Shown: positions 25,480 through 39,558 of the stretch, piece after piece
Layout of the letters: the number at the start of each line of letters is the position of its first letter
Numbering within the stretch: the stretch's first letter is position 1
NCBI GenBank assembly: GCA_964016885.1
Contig: OZ024742.1
Coordinates: forward strand, 245,644,001-245,708,000
DNA length: 64,000 nt
DNA from: Eledone cirrhosa
Lineage: Eukaryota
Reading direction: 5' to 3'
Program-made: the position numbers and the translations under genes
Notes under the pieces: model-generated
The model's database searches: none
What the model was told of the DNA's origin: nothing
The model's input: only the letters and a program-made list of their open reading frames with translations

Positions 25480-27309
25480 ATCCAATCCAGAGTCTTTCCA
25501 CTCCTGTTGGAGAAACCCCTCTCTGGTTGACCTCCACCACTTTCTGTTTGGTTTTGGTCATGTCAAGGGTGTAACCATACTTACCATGCTTGACCAATTG
25601 CGGGTTGGTGAGGTTATATAACCCATAACAACTATGGAATTTACACCTGCAATGTTGCGACGTCACCTTAAGAATAAGCGCAACTATGCCTCCCCTGGTC
25701 TTGATGGTGTGACATACCTGCTTCTCAAACGTGGCGGGTATTTCCTTTTGCGCCAGCTTTCTTTCTTCTTTCAATACTGTCTCAACAATGGTGCTACTCC
25801 GGAGCAGTGGAAAACTGCCAGTGTCATTCCCCTGTTCAAAAAGGGCAACCGCATGTCACCTGTCAACTATCGTCCAGTCAGTCTTACTAGCTGTATGGCC
25901 AAACTGATGGAATCCTGTGTCAGAGAAACACTTTGGAACTTCTGGAGCTCTCACAGCCTCATCTGGCCCTCACAGTTTGGATTTATCCCTAACTCCAGCT
26001 GCTGTGATCAGCTTATCGAGTTCCTTGAAGACATCACCCGGATCACTGACAGCGGCTCATGGGTGGATGTTGTTTACCTTGACTTTGCTAAGGCTTTTAA
26101 TTCTGTGCCACACAAAAGACTTATGGCAAAACTCTCTGCAATGGGTGTGAGGGATGATCTTTTCGACTGGTTGAAATCCTTCATTCTCAGCCGAAAAGAA
26201 GTAGTCATGGTTCTAGAACAGCATTCTTCACCATATGAGATGTGTGTACCCTTTTGTTTGTGGCATATATTAATGACATAGATGCCAACTTATAGAATGC
26301 CACGGTACTGAAATATGCAGATGACATCAAGCTGTACCTTGAAATCAAAAGGACTGATCCTGAAATTTACAACTCTTTCCTACAATCAGACCTGGACACA
26401 ATGCAGCAATGGATCACAGACTGGCAACTGAAGCTGGCTGTGGACAAGTGTACCACCATGCATTTTGGAAGGAAAAATCCAACGTCCACAAACTCCCTCC
26501 ACAACACTGATATCAAGAAGTCCTCTTGTGAACGTGACCTGGGCATTACTGTCAGCAGCGATTTGCGTTGGACAAAGCATGTCTCTAAGATTGTCAAGAA
26601 GGCTGAGGGTGTCTTGGCATCACTCAGCAAGACCTTTGTTAGCCGCTCTCCAGCCATCTATTTAAAACTGTATACAGCTATGGTACGACCACACTTGGAA
26701 TTCGCATCATCAGTCTGGAACCCCTATCTTGCTCAGAACATTGACCTCTTGGAAACTGTTCAGAGACGTGCAACCAAGCGCATACCCTCCATCAGACACC
26801 TACCATACTCTGAACGCCTTGCTTCCCTGGGCATGGATTCATTGAAGCTCCGACGTCTGGCAATGGACTTGGTGAATACCCACAAAGTTATTAACCATCT
26901 CGCCAATTGCAACCCTGAGCACCTTTTTGATCTCCATTGAAAAACAAACCTGGACCATCTCAATAGATATGAATTGATAGGTGTCTAACACACGTGGACA
27001 TGCCTACAAAATCAGAAAACAGCACAGCTCCCATGACTTTCGTAGACATTTTTTCACGCTCAGAGTTGCTGAAGCATGGAACAAACTGCCTGCGTCAGTT
27101 GTTAGCTGCCGAGACACTGCATCCTTTAAGACACTCATGCTTCCCGAAATACGCCAAAACTACACCTGATGTACCCCTTCCATACACATGCACACGTGTG
27201 TATCATGAATTGTGCACTGTTCATTTTACTGATGTTTGTGCATTGCCCTATGTACTGTACATGCACTTTTTGATGAGTTGTGGTGCACCTGGGCACTATA
27301 CACAATATT

Positions 27310-27348
<39 letters not shown>

Positions 27349-27470
27349 CATGACTCATATACTGTTCATTTTCCTGACATTTGTACATTATTCTATGTAC
27401 AGTACATGCACCTTTGATGAGTTGTAGTGCACCTGAGCACTGTACACAATAATTTCATTATTATTATTAT
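25480..27470 (+). mobile_element. 5'-truncated CR1/L2-like LINE (RT, 3'UTR, (TTA)n tail) in intron 6
   Basis: SPGLDG, WKTASVIPLFKKG, NYRPVSLTS, VYLDFAKAF, YADDIKLY, RDLGI, RPHLEF, VQRRATK and TRGH. The PQG motif is deleted with a frameshift near 26240-26290. (TTA)n at 27313-27346 and a duplicated 3' tail to 27470. Confidence 0.92.
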
Positions 27471-27985
27471 AGTTTAAGGTGGATGGCCGTTGACTCAGAG
27501 TTCATCCATCCTTTTAAAAGCTCTTGTTTTTTATCCTCCCCACTAGACCAGGGTTTGGTACAGTAGCTGGTTTAGTCACCAAACACTCGACCATGAAGCA
27601 GGTTGTACTAGGTTACATGGTACCAGTAGCAGACAGAAGCCTGATCTGACCACCATTTGAATTAACAAACCTATTTTTAGATATTTTATGCAAAATCATT
27701 ACATGATGTTAAGAGTAGACAAAAATTAACTACTAACATAGGTACTAATTATATGCAAATTAGTACCTCCAATTCATGTTTACTATTTCATTTGGTAGGC
27801 TTTATTATGTAGTTCCTTGCACTTGTTTCGGTGTTGTAGATATTCTCTGATGAGACCTCAATTTGGGTTATAAATCTATTAAGGATGTTCATTTTTTCAT
27901 CCATGTGCATGTGACATGTTTACAGGCCTAAATACTCAATGTGTATATTTATATACACATGTATGCAGTCTTGGTTAAGCCTGTA

Positions 27986-28032
<47 letters not shown>

Positions 28033-28875
28033 TATCTATTTATCATACCAGCAAAAAAAAAAGGAAATTTACAGCTCACATCTATGTAGTTGTAGCTGGC
28101 TTCCTACAAGGTTGCATTTCATTGGAGGTTTCTTGGGTGTTTTACTGATCATGACCCCAGTCTTATCATGAAAAGCATGACTGTGATTCCAACCACCATT
28201 TTATATCTGTTTTTCATCATGGCATGGGTTGGGTATATTTTTATAATCTTAGTCATTTCTTATTCTCAGTCCTGCCCTCCTAGTTGTGTTGGAAGACTAT
28301 GTATTACTTATTTGGCATTGTTTATACAACAGGATACCCTTCCTATCACCAATCATTTATGTATATGTTGGTGTTTGGTGTAAACAAATTTTTTTTATTT
28401 GCATTCCTTTATGTCAAAAGGTAACTTAGCCATTCAATAAATATCATCATTATTATCATTTTACATCCACTTTTCCATGCTGGCATAAAATACATACCAG
28501 ACTAAAAATAAATACTGGGGTCAATATAATTGACTAAAAATTCTTGAAGGAGTGCCCCAGCTTGGTCACAATTTAGTGAAGGAACCAATAGAATATAATA
28601 AAATGTTACTGATAAAACAGATTTAAGCAATTTCATCGTCATCATTTTACGTCCACTTTATAGTAGATGGGTTGGAGCGATCTCACCTTGGTCACATGTT
28701 CCATATTTGGCATGGTTTCTAACTGGATGCCCTTCCTAACACCAACCACATTACAGAGTGTGCTGGGTGTATTTTTTTTCTTGAAAAGTTGTTTCAAACA
28801 TTATACTGTCTTTGTTCAATCACCAATACTGTAACCTCCAGTCTCTCATCACATTTCCTTTTTTTAAATTTTCAG

Positions 28876-29000
28876 CTGAAACTACTGGAAAATCATTATA
28901 CCATGGACTCATACTGGAACAAGGAAATCCAATTCTAAACCTGCAGAACCCACTTTTGTATTTAATAGAGAAACTTGTTAACAAAGCTAGAAAACTTTGA
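28876..29000 (+). CDS. Alpha/beta-hydrolase-fold protein, terminal exon 7
   Basis: TTTTCAG| acceptor (phase 1), AETTGKSLYHGLILEQGNPILNLQNPLLYLIEKLVNKARKL then stop. The seven exons sum to 1149 nt = 382 aa plus stop. Confidence 0.75.
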
Positions 29001-30204
29001 TAAAATATTATCTATGTATATATATATACAGACACACATACATAATCCATGTCAGCATGGGAAAATGGACATTAAATGAAGATGATGACACACACAAACT
29101 GACTATCTTTATAAAACCATGGGAGATCCAACTCTTCCTTGTTAAGTAAAATTTCATACCAAATTGTTGGCTGAATACTTGTATTTTTTTTACAGTATTT
29201 AATCAAAGGGTGAAGGTGTGTGCTTTAATAGTTAGTGTTCAGCTCACAATCATAAGGTTGTGAGTTTGACTCCCAGAGCAGGTGTTATGTCCTTGAGGAA
29301 GACACTTTATTTTATATTGCTAAAGTCCACTCAACTGTAAAAATGAGTTGTATTTTTAAGTAAAGGGGACCAGCCTTATCACACATTGTGTCACACTGAA
29401 TCTCCATGAGAACTACATTCAGGTTGCATGTGTCTGTGGAATACTCAGTAATACGTTAATTTGACAAGTAGGCAGTTCTGTTGTTTGAATCAACTGGAGT
29501 ACTCATCATCAGAAATTATGGAGGACCAAGAAAATTTAGTAATAAGATTATAGTTATAAGATGGCTTTTTCAGCACTTCATCAGAAGATAAATTTCTCAC
29601 AAATTGGCCATTATGAAAAGCCGTGTGAAATAAAGTTTATTAGACAAGAACACAACATGCCACCTGGTCTAGGAATTGAACCCATGATCTTATTGTATGT
29701 CTAACAACCTAACCTCTAGACAGGTTTTAATAAATATCAGAAACAGTTCTATATGAGCAAAACACAGTCACTTGACTCAACTTGCTTCGAATGGGACAAC
29801 TCGTCTAACCCATGCTAACGTGGAAAATGGACGTTAAACGATGATGATGATTAACCCTTTTGATAGTAAACCACCTAAAATTGCCCCTGGTTCTACATTA
29901 CAAAATCATTTGATTTAAAGTGTTTATATTTATTTTAAAAACACCTTCCAATATAATTTTATGTAAAAAAAACTCTTTTATGTTCCAAACTCCAGAAAGT
30001 TAGATATATTACTAAATTCTTCCAAATTTTATATTATTTTCAAAATTATTTGAAATCATAGGAAGTGTTTTTCATTTAAAATATGGTAACGAAAGAGTTA
30101 AACCATAAACAATATTTAAAGGGACATAATTCTGCTTGACTCAATTTGCTTGTGACAAAACGGTTAAACTTCTATATCATTGTTGTGGGGTTATTGATGC
30201 TGTG

Positions 30205-30400
30205 TACGAGGTTCAGCTGAAAAGTTCATAGGCTGACCAACATACTCATGGAATGACCAAATGAGGTTTATTTTTCAAATAGTCCCTGGAAAGAAACAAT
30301 GCAGTTATTAATAAGATTTGAAATCAATGCATGCAAGGTTTCACAGCACTAGCATCACTCCTTCATAGTCATCCTATGAACTTTTCAGCCCACCCCTGTA
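30205..30400. mobile_element. mariner-derived MITE
   Basis: TACGAGGTTCAGCTGAAAAGTTCATAGG pairs with CCTATGAACTTTTCAGCCCACCCCTGTA; mariner-type TIR with TA ends. Confidence 0.7.
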
Positions 30401-31647
30401 TTTTCACTAGAAAGGTGATTAACAGCCCAGCCAAACTTGCTCTGGCTCTATGAAACAAAACCAACCATCTTAAAGGTTTCATATTTAAAATAAAATCTTC
30501 CAACACGTGTAGCCTAGTGGGAAGGGTGTTGGACTTATGATCATAATGTCACGGGTTTGATTCCTTGGCTGGGTTGTGTGTTATGTTCTTGAGCAAAACA
30601 TTTCATTTCACGTTGGTCCAGTACACTCAGCTGAAAATGAATACCAGCAATAGCTGGGGAATCTGTAAGGGGGTCATGCTGGTAACATGAGGAAAACAAA
30701 ACACCAGTCGGTCCACCTTGTAAGATAATCATGTTGGTGACAAGGAAAAAGCACTCAGTCTACCTTGTAAGGTGTTCATTTTGGTGCTACGATAAAAAAA
30801 AGACCCAGTCCACACTAACGTGGTTGATGTCAGGAAGGGTATCCAACCATAGAAACCTAGCCAAAATACAGATTCATATGAGCAAGACATGGTCTCCTGA
30901 TCTGACTTGTCTCATAACATAACAACACATCTAACACATGCAAGTGTGGAAAAATGTAGGTTAAACGATGATGATGATCTAAATATTTCACCAAACTCTT
31001 GGTGATTCTGTGGATTTTGAAGGACAATATTCTGGAGTGGTTACTCCGATACCTGTTTTGAAGTGCATTTCTTGAGGGTCTTGGACTCAGCATTACATCA
31101 TTATCATCATTGTTTAATGTCTATTTTCCACGCTAGCATGGATTAGATGAGTTTGTGCCATTAGAAGCAAGTTGAGTTGGGTGACCGAGTCTCACTCATA
31201 TAGCACTGTTTCTGGCTGGTTTTCTATGGTTGGATGCTCTTCCTAACACCAACCAACAGATTGACTCTTGTTTAGCTCACCCGAGACAGATTTTGGCTTG
31301 GTTTTTTACAGCTGGGTGCCCTTCCTACTGCCAACCACATTTACAGTGTGTGCTGGGTGCTTTTTGCAGTGTCTCCTATACGATCACTTTACAGTGTGGG
31401 CTGGGTGCTTTTTGTCGTGACAGCTACACAACCACTTTACAGTGTAGTACAAAAAGCTTATTAATTATACAGTGCTCATTCTGCCTACAATAGTGAGCCT
31501 TGACATATACTGAATCTCCTTGAGAACTACATTAAGGGTAGATATGTCTGTACAGCCACTAGCATATCAATTTTGCAAGCAAGCTGTTCTGTTATTCAAA
31601 CAACTGGAATACATATGATCGGAACCAACATAGATTCAGCAAATTTA

Positions 31648-33675
31648 CTCTGTAAAGTGGTAGTGCTGGCGCCATGATAAAATACACCCAGTACACTTAG
31701 TAAAGTAGTAGTGCTGGTGCCATGATAAAATACACCCAGTACACTTAGTAAAGTGGTATGCTGGTGCCATGATAAAATACACCCAGTACACTTAGTAAAG
31801 TGGTAGTGCTGGTGCCATGATAAAATACACCCAGTACACTTAGTAAAGTGGTAGTGCTGGTGCCATGATAAAATACACACAGTACACTTAGTAAAGTGGT
31901 AGTGCTGGTGCCACGATAAAATACACCCAGTACACTTAGTAAAGTGGTAGTGCTGGTGCCATGATAAAATACACCCAGTACACTTAGTAAAGTGGTAGTG
32001 CTGGTGCCATGATAAAATACACACAGTACACTTAGTAAAGTGGTAGTGCTGGTGCCATGATAAAATAGACACAGTACACTTAGTAAAGTGGTAGTGCTGG
32101 TGCCATGATAAAATACACATAGTACACTTAGTAAAGTGGTAGTGCTGGTGCCATGATAAAATATACACAGTACACTTAGTAAAGTGGTAGTGCTGGTGCC
32201 ATGATAAAATACACCCAGTACACTTAGTAAAGTGGTAGTGCTGGTGCCATGATAAAATACACACAGTACACTTAGTAAAGTTGTAGTGCTGGTGCCATGA
32301 TAAAATACACCCAGTACACTTAGTAAAGTGGTATGCTGGTGCCATGATAAAATACACCCAGTACACTTAGTAAAGTGGTAGTGCTGGTGCCATGATAAAA
32401 TACACCCAGTACACTTAGTAAAGTTGTAGTGCTGGTGCCATGATAAAATACACACAGTACACTTAGTAAAGTGGTAGTGCTGGTGCCACGATAAAATACA
32501 CCCAGTACACTTAGTAAAGTGGTAGTGCTGGTGCCATGATAAAATACACCCAGTACACTTAGTAAAGTGGTAGTGCTGGTGCCATGATAAAATACACACA
32601 GTACACTTAGTAAAGTGGTAGTGCTGGTGCCATGATAAAATAGACACAGTACACTTAGTAAAGTGGTAGTGCTGGTGCCATGATAAAATACACATAGTAC
32701 ACTTAGTAAAGTGGTAGTGCTGGTGCCATGATAAAATATACACAGTACACTTAGTAAAGTGGTAGTGCTGGTGCCATGATAAAATACACCCAGTACACTT
32801 AGTAAAGTGGTAGTGCTGGTGCCATGATAAAATACACACAGTACACTTAGTAAAGTTGTAGTGCTGGTGCCATGATAAAATACACCCAGTACACTTAGTA
32901 AAGTGGTAGTGCTGGTGCCATGATAAAATACACCCAGTACACTTAGTAAAGTTGTAGTGCTGGTGCCATGATAAAATACACCCAGTACACTTAGTAAAGT
33001 GGTAGTGCTGGTGCCATGATAAAATACACCCAGTACACTTAGTAAAGTGGTAGTGCTGGTGCCATGATAAAATACACACAGTACACTTAGTAAAGTGGTA
33101 GTGCTGGTGCCACGATAAAATACACCCAGTACACTTAGTAAAGTGGTAGTGCTGGTGCCATGATAAAATACACCCAGTACACTTAGTAAAGTGGTAGTGC
33201 TGGTGCCATGATAAAATACACACAGTACACTTAGTAAAGTGGTAGTGCTGGTGCCATGATAAAATAGACACAGTACACTTAGTAAAGTGGTAGTGCTGGT
33301 GCCATGATAAAATACACATAGTACACTTAGTAAAGTGGTAGTGCTGGTGCCATGATAAAATATACACAGTACACTTAGTAAAGTGGTAGTGCTGGTGCCA
33401 TGATAAAATACACCCAGTACACTTAGTAAAGTGGTAGTGCTGGTGCCATGATAAAATACACACAGTACACTTAGTAAAGTTGTAGTGCTGGTGCCATGAT
33501 AAAATACACCCAGTACACTTAGTAAAGTGGTAGTGCTGGTGCCATGATAAAATAGACACAGTACACTTAGTAAAGTGGTAGTGCTGGTGCCATGATAAAA
33601 TACACACAGTACACTTAGTAAAGTGGTAGTGCTGGTGCCACAATAGTATGGATCCAGTAAACACTGTAAAGTGGT
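31648..33675. repeat. 48-bp minisatellite, ~42 units, with higher-order structure
   Basis: Unit GCCATGATAAAATACACCCAGTACACTTAGTAAAGTGGTAGTGCTGGT. Confidence 0.97.
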
Positions 33676-34505
33676 TGGCATGCAGCCATGCCAAAATATG
33701 GAATGTATGAACAAGATGACATCTGTCCAACCAATTATGTTTCGGACTGTAACCTGTCGAACCTATACCCGCACGAAAACGGACATAAATGGTGATGTGT
33801 TTATGTCTCTATCGGCCTGTTGTTTAAGTCCCGTGATCTAGGGGTTCGACAAAAAGAAATCGATAGAATAAATACCAGCCTTAAAAAAAGATACCAGGTG
33901 GTGTCCTTGCGTGACTGCAGTCACATGACTGAAATCAGTAAAATAATTTTTAAAATAATTGTTTCTACTTTTGGCACAAGACCAGCAAATACCCAGTGCA
34001 TTACTGGTACTTTATTTTATCGACTCCGTAAGGATGAAAGGCAAAGTTAACCTCGGCGGGATTTGAACTCAGAATGGCAAGGGCCGTAACTCTATGCGTC
34101 AGAGCATGGCGTCCGACCCTCTACCAATACTGCCAATCCACCTCCTTCGCCAAAAAATAATGGTTTCTAATTTAGGCACAAGGGCAACAAATTTATGGGT
34201 CGGAGAGCAGTCAATTATATTGACTCCAGTATATACCTGGCACTTTATTTTATCGACGTCAGAAGGATGAAAGGCAAAGTTGACTTTGGCGCCATTTGAA
34301 CTCAGAACGTCAAAATCTGGAACTAATACCGCAAACATTTTGTTCATCGCTAAATCAAGGGAGAGAACTCTGAAATTTGTTCGCCATTAAGAAGGTATCT
34401 TGGAAAATTTTGCAAGATCAAATTTCTCGTTTCTGCCGAATCAGTCTAGATCATCTTTCTGGCGAACTAAATAGACTAGGAAATTTATCACTGCCATACA
34501 CAGCA

Positions 34506-34546
<41 letters not shown>

Positions 34547-35564
34547 AAAAAAGGACGAAGACCCCCCCCCCCACCCAGTAATCACGAATGACAATGGGCT
34601 TTTCACCTAGAAAGGTCTCTCCGAGGCACAAGCCAGGGCAAGGTGTTTTTGTGGGAGACCAGCAGTTGCCCATGCATATCAGTCCCCCCTCTCTATGCTA
34701 CCGATGTTATCCAAGGGGAAGGCCGATACAGCTTGGCACCAGTGATGTCGCAAATTATTTCTACAGCTGAGGGAACTGGAACAAAGTGAAATAAAGTGTC
34801 TTGTTCAAAGACACAACGCATCACCTGGTTCAGCAATCAAAATCGCAACCTCACGATTGTGTATTCTACTTTCTAACCACACACAACATATATATGTTGG
34901 CGCTAAGATAAAAAGTACACTCTGTAAAGTGCGAGAATGTATGTAAATGAGATGCATCTCCTGGGCTATTTAAAAGATTAGTAACTCCAATTAAGTACTC
35001 ATTTGGTTTATGACACCAGATGATGCTGTGCAGTTTCGGTAGAAAGGTGATTAATCCTTTTGATACCAGCCCAATCAAAATTTACTCTGGTTCTATGGAA
35101 GAAAAACACTCATCTTAACAGCTTCCTATCTAAATTAAAATCTTCCAACATTATTGTATATAGGAGCCATATATTAAGTTACTATCTTAGCAAGGAAATT
35201 TAGTAAATTCCTCAAAATTCTTCATTAATTATTTGAAGTAGAGTGTATTTCATTAAAGATACAGTCATAAAAGGATTAAGAATGTGCTAAAGAAAGAATT
35301 TCCAAGACATGTTGACCAATCTGTCAAATTGAATATCTGATTAACTCTTTTGTGACCTTAATTCTAATGAAATACATTGTATTTGAATTAATTGGTGACG
35401 AATTTGGAGGGAGCTATTAAAATTGTTCATTCTTTCATTATTAAATCGTATTCAAATTCCGCCGAGGTTAACTTCGCCTTTCATCTTTACGGAGTCGATA
35501 AAATAAAGTACCAGTAATGCACTGGGGATTATTGCTGGCCTTGTGCCAAAAGTAGAAATAATTA

Positions 35565-35731
35565 CCGTATTTCTCGACGCCGAAGACGCTTTGTCCTCGA
35601 GGACGCATCCTAATTTTGACCACCAAAAATTAAAAAAATAAATAAATAAACCTTCGGCCTCCAGGACGCATGGTAGATTTTTTAGACTTATTTGAGGAAA
35701 AAAGTAGCGTCTTCAACGCCTGGAAATACGG
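35565..35731. mobile_element. MITE with CCGTATTT termini and TA flanks
   Basis: TA-CCGTATTTC..GAAGACGCT / AGCGTCTTC..GAAATACGG-TA. Homolog of 1434-1601. Confidence 0.75.
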
Positions 35732-37324
35732 TATTAAATCGTATTTGTAACAGCCTAACAAAAGGCTCTTAAATCAAATTATATTGAACGAATTTAGGAA
35801 GGAATCCTTTAAAATGGGTGGTTTTGTTTCAGAGAAACAGAGGTGGTTTGGTGTCACGAGACATAATAAATAAAGTATATTAAATTATATAATGTTTGTG
35901 ATATGGAAAAGGAATAAATGAAGAAAAAAAAAAAAAGAGTCAGAAAAATAAACGAGAAGACATGCACGCGCACATCATGTCAAAGGCCCTTAACTCTTAA
36001 GTTGTAGAGCTCATCCGCTTCCAAAACTGAACACAGCCAATTTCTTCTAAAGAGAGTGAGGAACAGAAATAGAGGAAGAATCGACCCTAGGACGGGATTC
36101 ATAATTTATTTATCAACATCGAAAGAATGAAAAGCAAAGTTGACCTTGGCGTGGTTTGAACTCAGAGCTCAGAAAGCTGGAACGAGTGCTGCGAATTACC
36201 TTTCAATTACACACTACAACAAGGAATGCCAGTATTGTCCTCTAAAAAAGTTTTAAGGCAAGCCAAGACACCCATACCTGGTTGTTGGATATCATCATTT
36301 TACACCCGTTTCACCCACTAGCAAAGACTGTACAGGTTGTCACAGACCAAGTCGGTACTTAATTGGAGATACTGACCTCGTGAAATGCATTCGATTACGA
36401 CACCGCACTAGGGAGGTTATCATGTCTTTGACACAACTGAAGAGTCTATTTTACGAGATTTCTATGGTTGTTTTACGAAATTTCTACTTGACAGCGCCTA
36501 CTGGGTGTGTTTATCTTGTTATCAACACTAAAGAGATTGTTGTGCCCTTGGCACTATTTAAGAGTCCTCTTGATCCTTTTGGTTTTTTTTTACAGCTGGA
36601 TGCCCTTCTTATCACCAACAGCCTTGAATGACCCTTTCTACTCTATGGGGGACAAGCCTAAGTCTGTCTTAAGCAATTTAAGGCTCGGTTTCATGGCGTG
36701 AAGCGACTGAGAGTACAAGACTTCCTGGACAGGACGCCAGTCCATCGCTGGGTTAAACTCATTTTCAGCTGAGTATACTGGAGCAACGTGAACATGGTGT
36801 TTTGCTGAAGAACACAACATGCAACCCAGCCCAGGAATCGAACCCATGACATTATGATCGTAAGTCCAACACCCTTACCACTAGGCTACACGTCTCCACA
36901 AGGAGATGATAAATATATCACAGGTAAGTGATGATAGGTGGAAGGGGGAATGACAAGTATGAATTGTGGCTTTTTGGTGACGTAGGGAGAGGAGTGAGAA
37001 ACTATGTCCAGCTATGGTAGGGTTTGGAAAGTTGATGAGAGGTAGAATGAGGTGGTCTTAGGTAGGTGAACTGTAAAAAAGCAGTGAAAAAATACTCAGT
37101 ACTGTAGTAGAGAAGGAGAATATCTTTTCAAAGAGTTTGCCGAGACCAACTTTGCTTTTTAACCTTTCGAGGCCGATAAATATAATATCAGTCTAGTACT
37201 GGGATCGATTCTCTCTCTAAGAATAAATCAACTGTGTTCTGACCTAGAGAGCTATATGCGCGGACAGGTTTTAAGTCTTTGTGAGATGCTACTCAGAGTT
37301 TCACCTTACCAATCCCCAGGGGAC

Positions 37325-38394
37325 TATATATATATATGTAGCGGCCCCTTACGGCTGTAACTCAGCACGTATAAGAGTTACGTCCCTTTGTGACGGTCGC
37401 GACTCCCAGTGGCAGATACGTATAGGAGTTGCGTCCCTTTGTGACGGTCGCGACTCCCAGTGGCAGATCCATGTACTAAATGGAGTTGCATCCCCCTGGG
37501 GACTATATATTTGAGAACTTGAGGCAATTCTCTCTCATTTCCTTCGCCCGCAACAAGAACACCTAAGACCTTGTCAAGAGATGACTCCTGTCTCACTTCC
37601 TGCGACGGCAGCCTAAAGAAACACTTGAACCGTACCAAGAGAAGATTTCTGTTCTTCTCCACACACTCCAGTCAGGGAGTTGTGACCAACTGACCATCAA
37701 CATGTGGTAACAATTATTTATATCAATTTATTTGACTTCTGTGAAGTAAAACCATGTCACAACACTCACCTGCAATTATTGTCATTCTTAAATATATATA
37801 TACACTGATACTAATATCCTAAATTGGTGACCTGAAGTTTTTTTTATATACACATGGTACTATTTCCCATTCCTTCTTTTTTTTTTTTAAAAACGTCAGG
37901 TCACCAATTTAGGATATTAGTATCAGTGTATATATATATTTAAGAATGACAATAATTGCAGGTGAGTGTTGTGACATGGTTTTACTTCACAGAAGTCAAA
38001 TAAATTGATATAAATAATTGTTACCACATGTTGATGGTCAGTTGGTCACAACTCCCAGACTGGAGTGTGTGGAGAAGAACAGAAATCTTCTCTTGGTTAG
38101 GTTCAAGTGTTTCTTTGGGCTGCCGTCGCAGTAAGTGAGACAGGTGTCATCTCTTGACAGGTCTTAGGTGTTCTTGTTGCGGGCGAAGGAAGTGAGAGAG
38201 AATTGCCTCAAGTTCTCAAATATATAGTCCCCAGGGGGATGCAACTCCATTTAGTACATGGATCTGCCACTGGGAGTCGCGACCGTCACAAAGGGACGCA
38301 ACTCCTATACGTATCTGCCACTGGGAGTCGCGACCGTCACAAAGGGACGTAATTCCTATACGTGCTGAGTTACAGCCGTAAGGGGCCGCTACAC

Positions 38395-38400
<6 letters not shown>
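37325..38400. repeat. ~520-bp-arm inverted repeat (fold-back) containing an LTR-like TG...CA unit
   Basis: 37325-37846 is the reverse complement of 37888-38400 with roughly a dozen differences by eye; spacer ~40 nt. Confidence 0.95.
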
Positions 38401-38598
<198 letters not shown>

Positions 38599-38675
38599 TG
38601 ATGGTAGCTAAGATGCTTCCATAGGCGGTATGCCGGTTGAGCACTCTATGCTCTTACAGAGCAGAGTATGATAGA

Positions 38676-39082
38676 ATAGAAAACGAAAACTCAGTGATGC
38701 ATCTGAACTCAATTTATTGTGTGTTACAATTGTTTCGTTGGTGGACAGCTCGAGACGCGATCATTGTGAGGTTCTGTCTGATTCTGGACCCGCAGGTTTG
38801 ACGGACACGTCTAATGATTTCGGAGCATATTCTCTCACTGGGGTATCTGACTCTCTGGGCCAGTACCGTAAAAAACGTCATCCTCTTCGCGCGTCCTGTG
38901 ATTGGCCACTAGTTGTCTACGTCATCATAATTCTGACCACAGGTACCAGACCGCTGACCATCAGGGCGTTAGCTGTCCCATAAATTACTGCTGTGTTTGG
39001 TAGTTCACACATCCACGCGCGCGCACACACATACACATACCCCCCCCCCCCGCCACACACACACACAATCACATAGATAACG
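38676..39082 (+). repeat. ~400-bp unclassified repeat, copy 1 (inverted partner at 41650-42043)
   Basis: ATAGAAAACGAAAA.TCAGTGATGCATCTGAACTC...CACATAGATAACG matches the reverse complement of 41650-42043. Confidence 0.9.
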
Positions 39083-39472
39083 ACAGTCATACGCATAGAC
39101 GCCCGCAATACACACACACACACACACATTTAAGGAGAACATAAACATACGCATACATGCATCCAGAGAGGCACGTACACACACAGACACATGCCCACAT
39201 GCCTATATACATCAACATACACAAACACATGTTCATACACATGCATACGCATATATATACCTGTACACACAAATAAGTACAGACATATACATAGACCCCC
39301 TCCACCCCCACACACACATATATACACACGTACCCATATACATATATACACACACAGATACACACTCGCTCGCAAACACACATATATACACACAAAGTCA
39401 TATAAAAATACACAATGGGTCATACATGAAAGGATGCATCTTGTTATAAATATATACATACATAAAAAAAGT

Positions 39473-39558
<86 letters not shown>

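Noticed and set aside
27847-27880. CTGATGA-GACCT..GGGTT hammerhead-like start
   Set aside because: The GAAA box is missing (ATAAA) and stems I/III are unconvincing; at most a decayed relic.
31596-33730. 661-, 464- and 256-aa repeat ORFs; superficial CRISPR-like periodicity
   Set aside because: Head-to-tail 48-bp units with no unique spacers and no cas genes, in eukaryotic context; 1-bp deletions switch frames freely.
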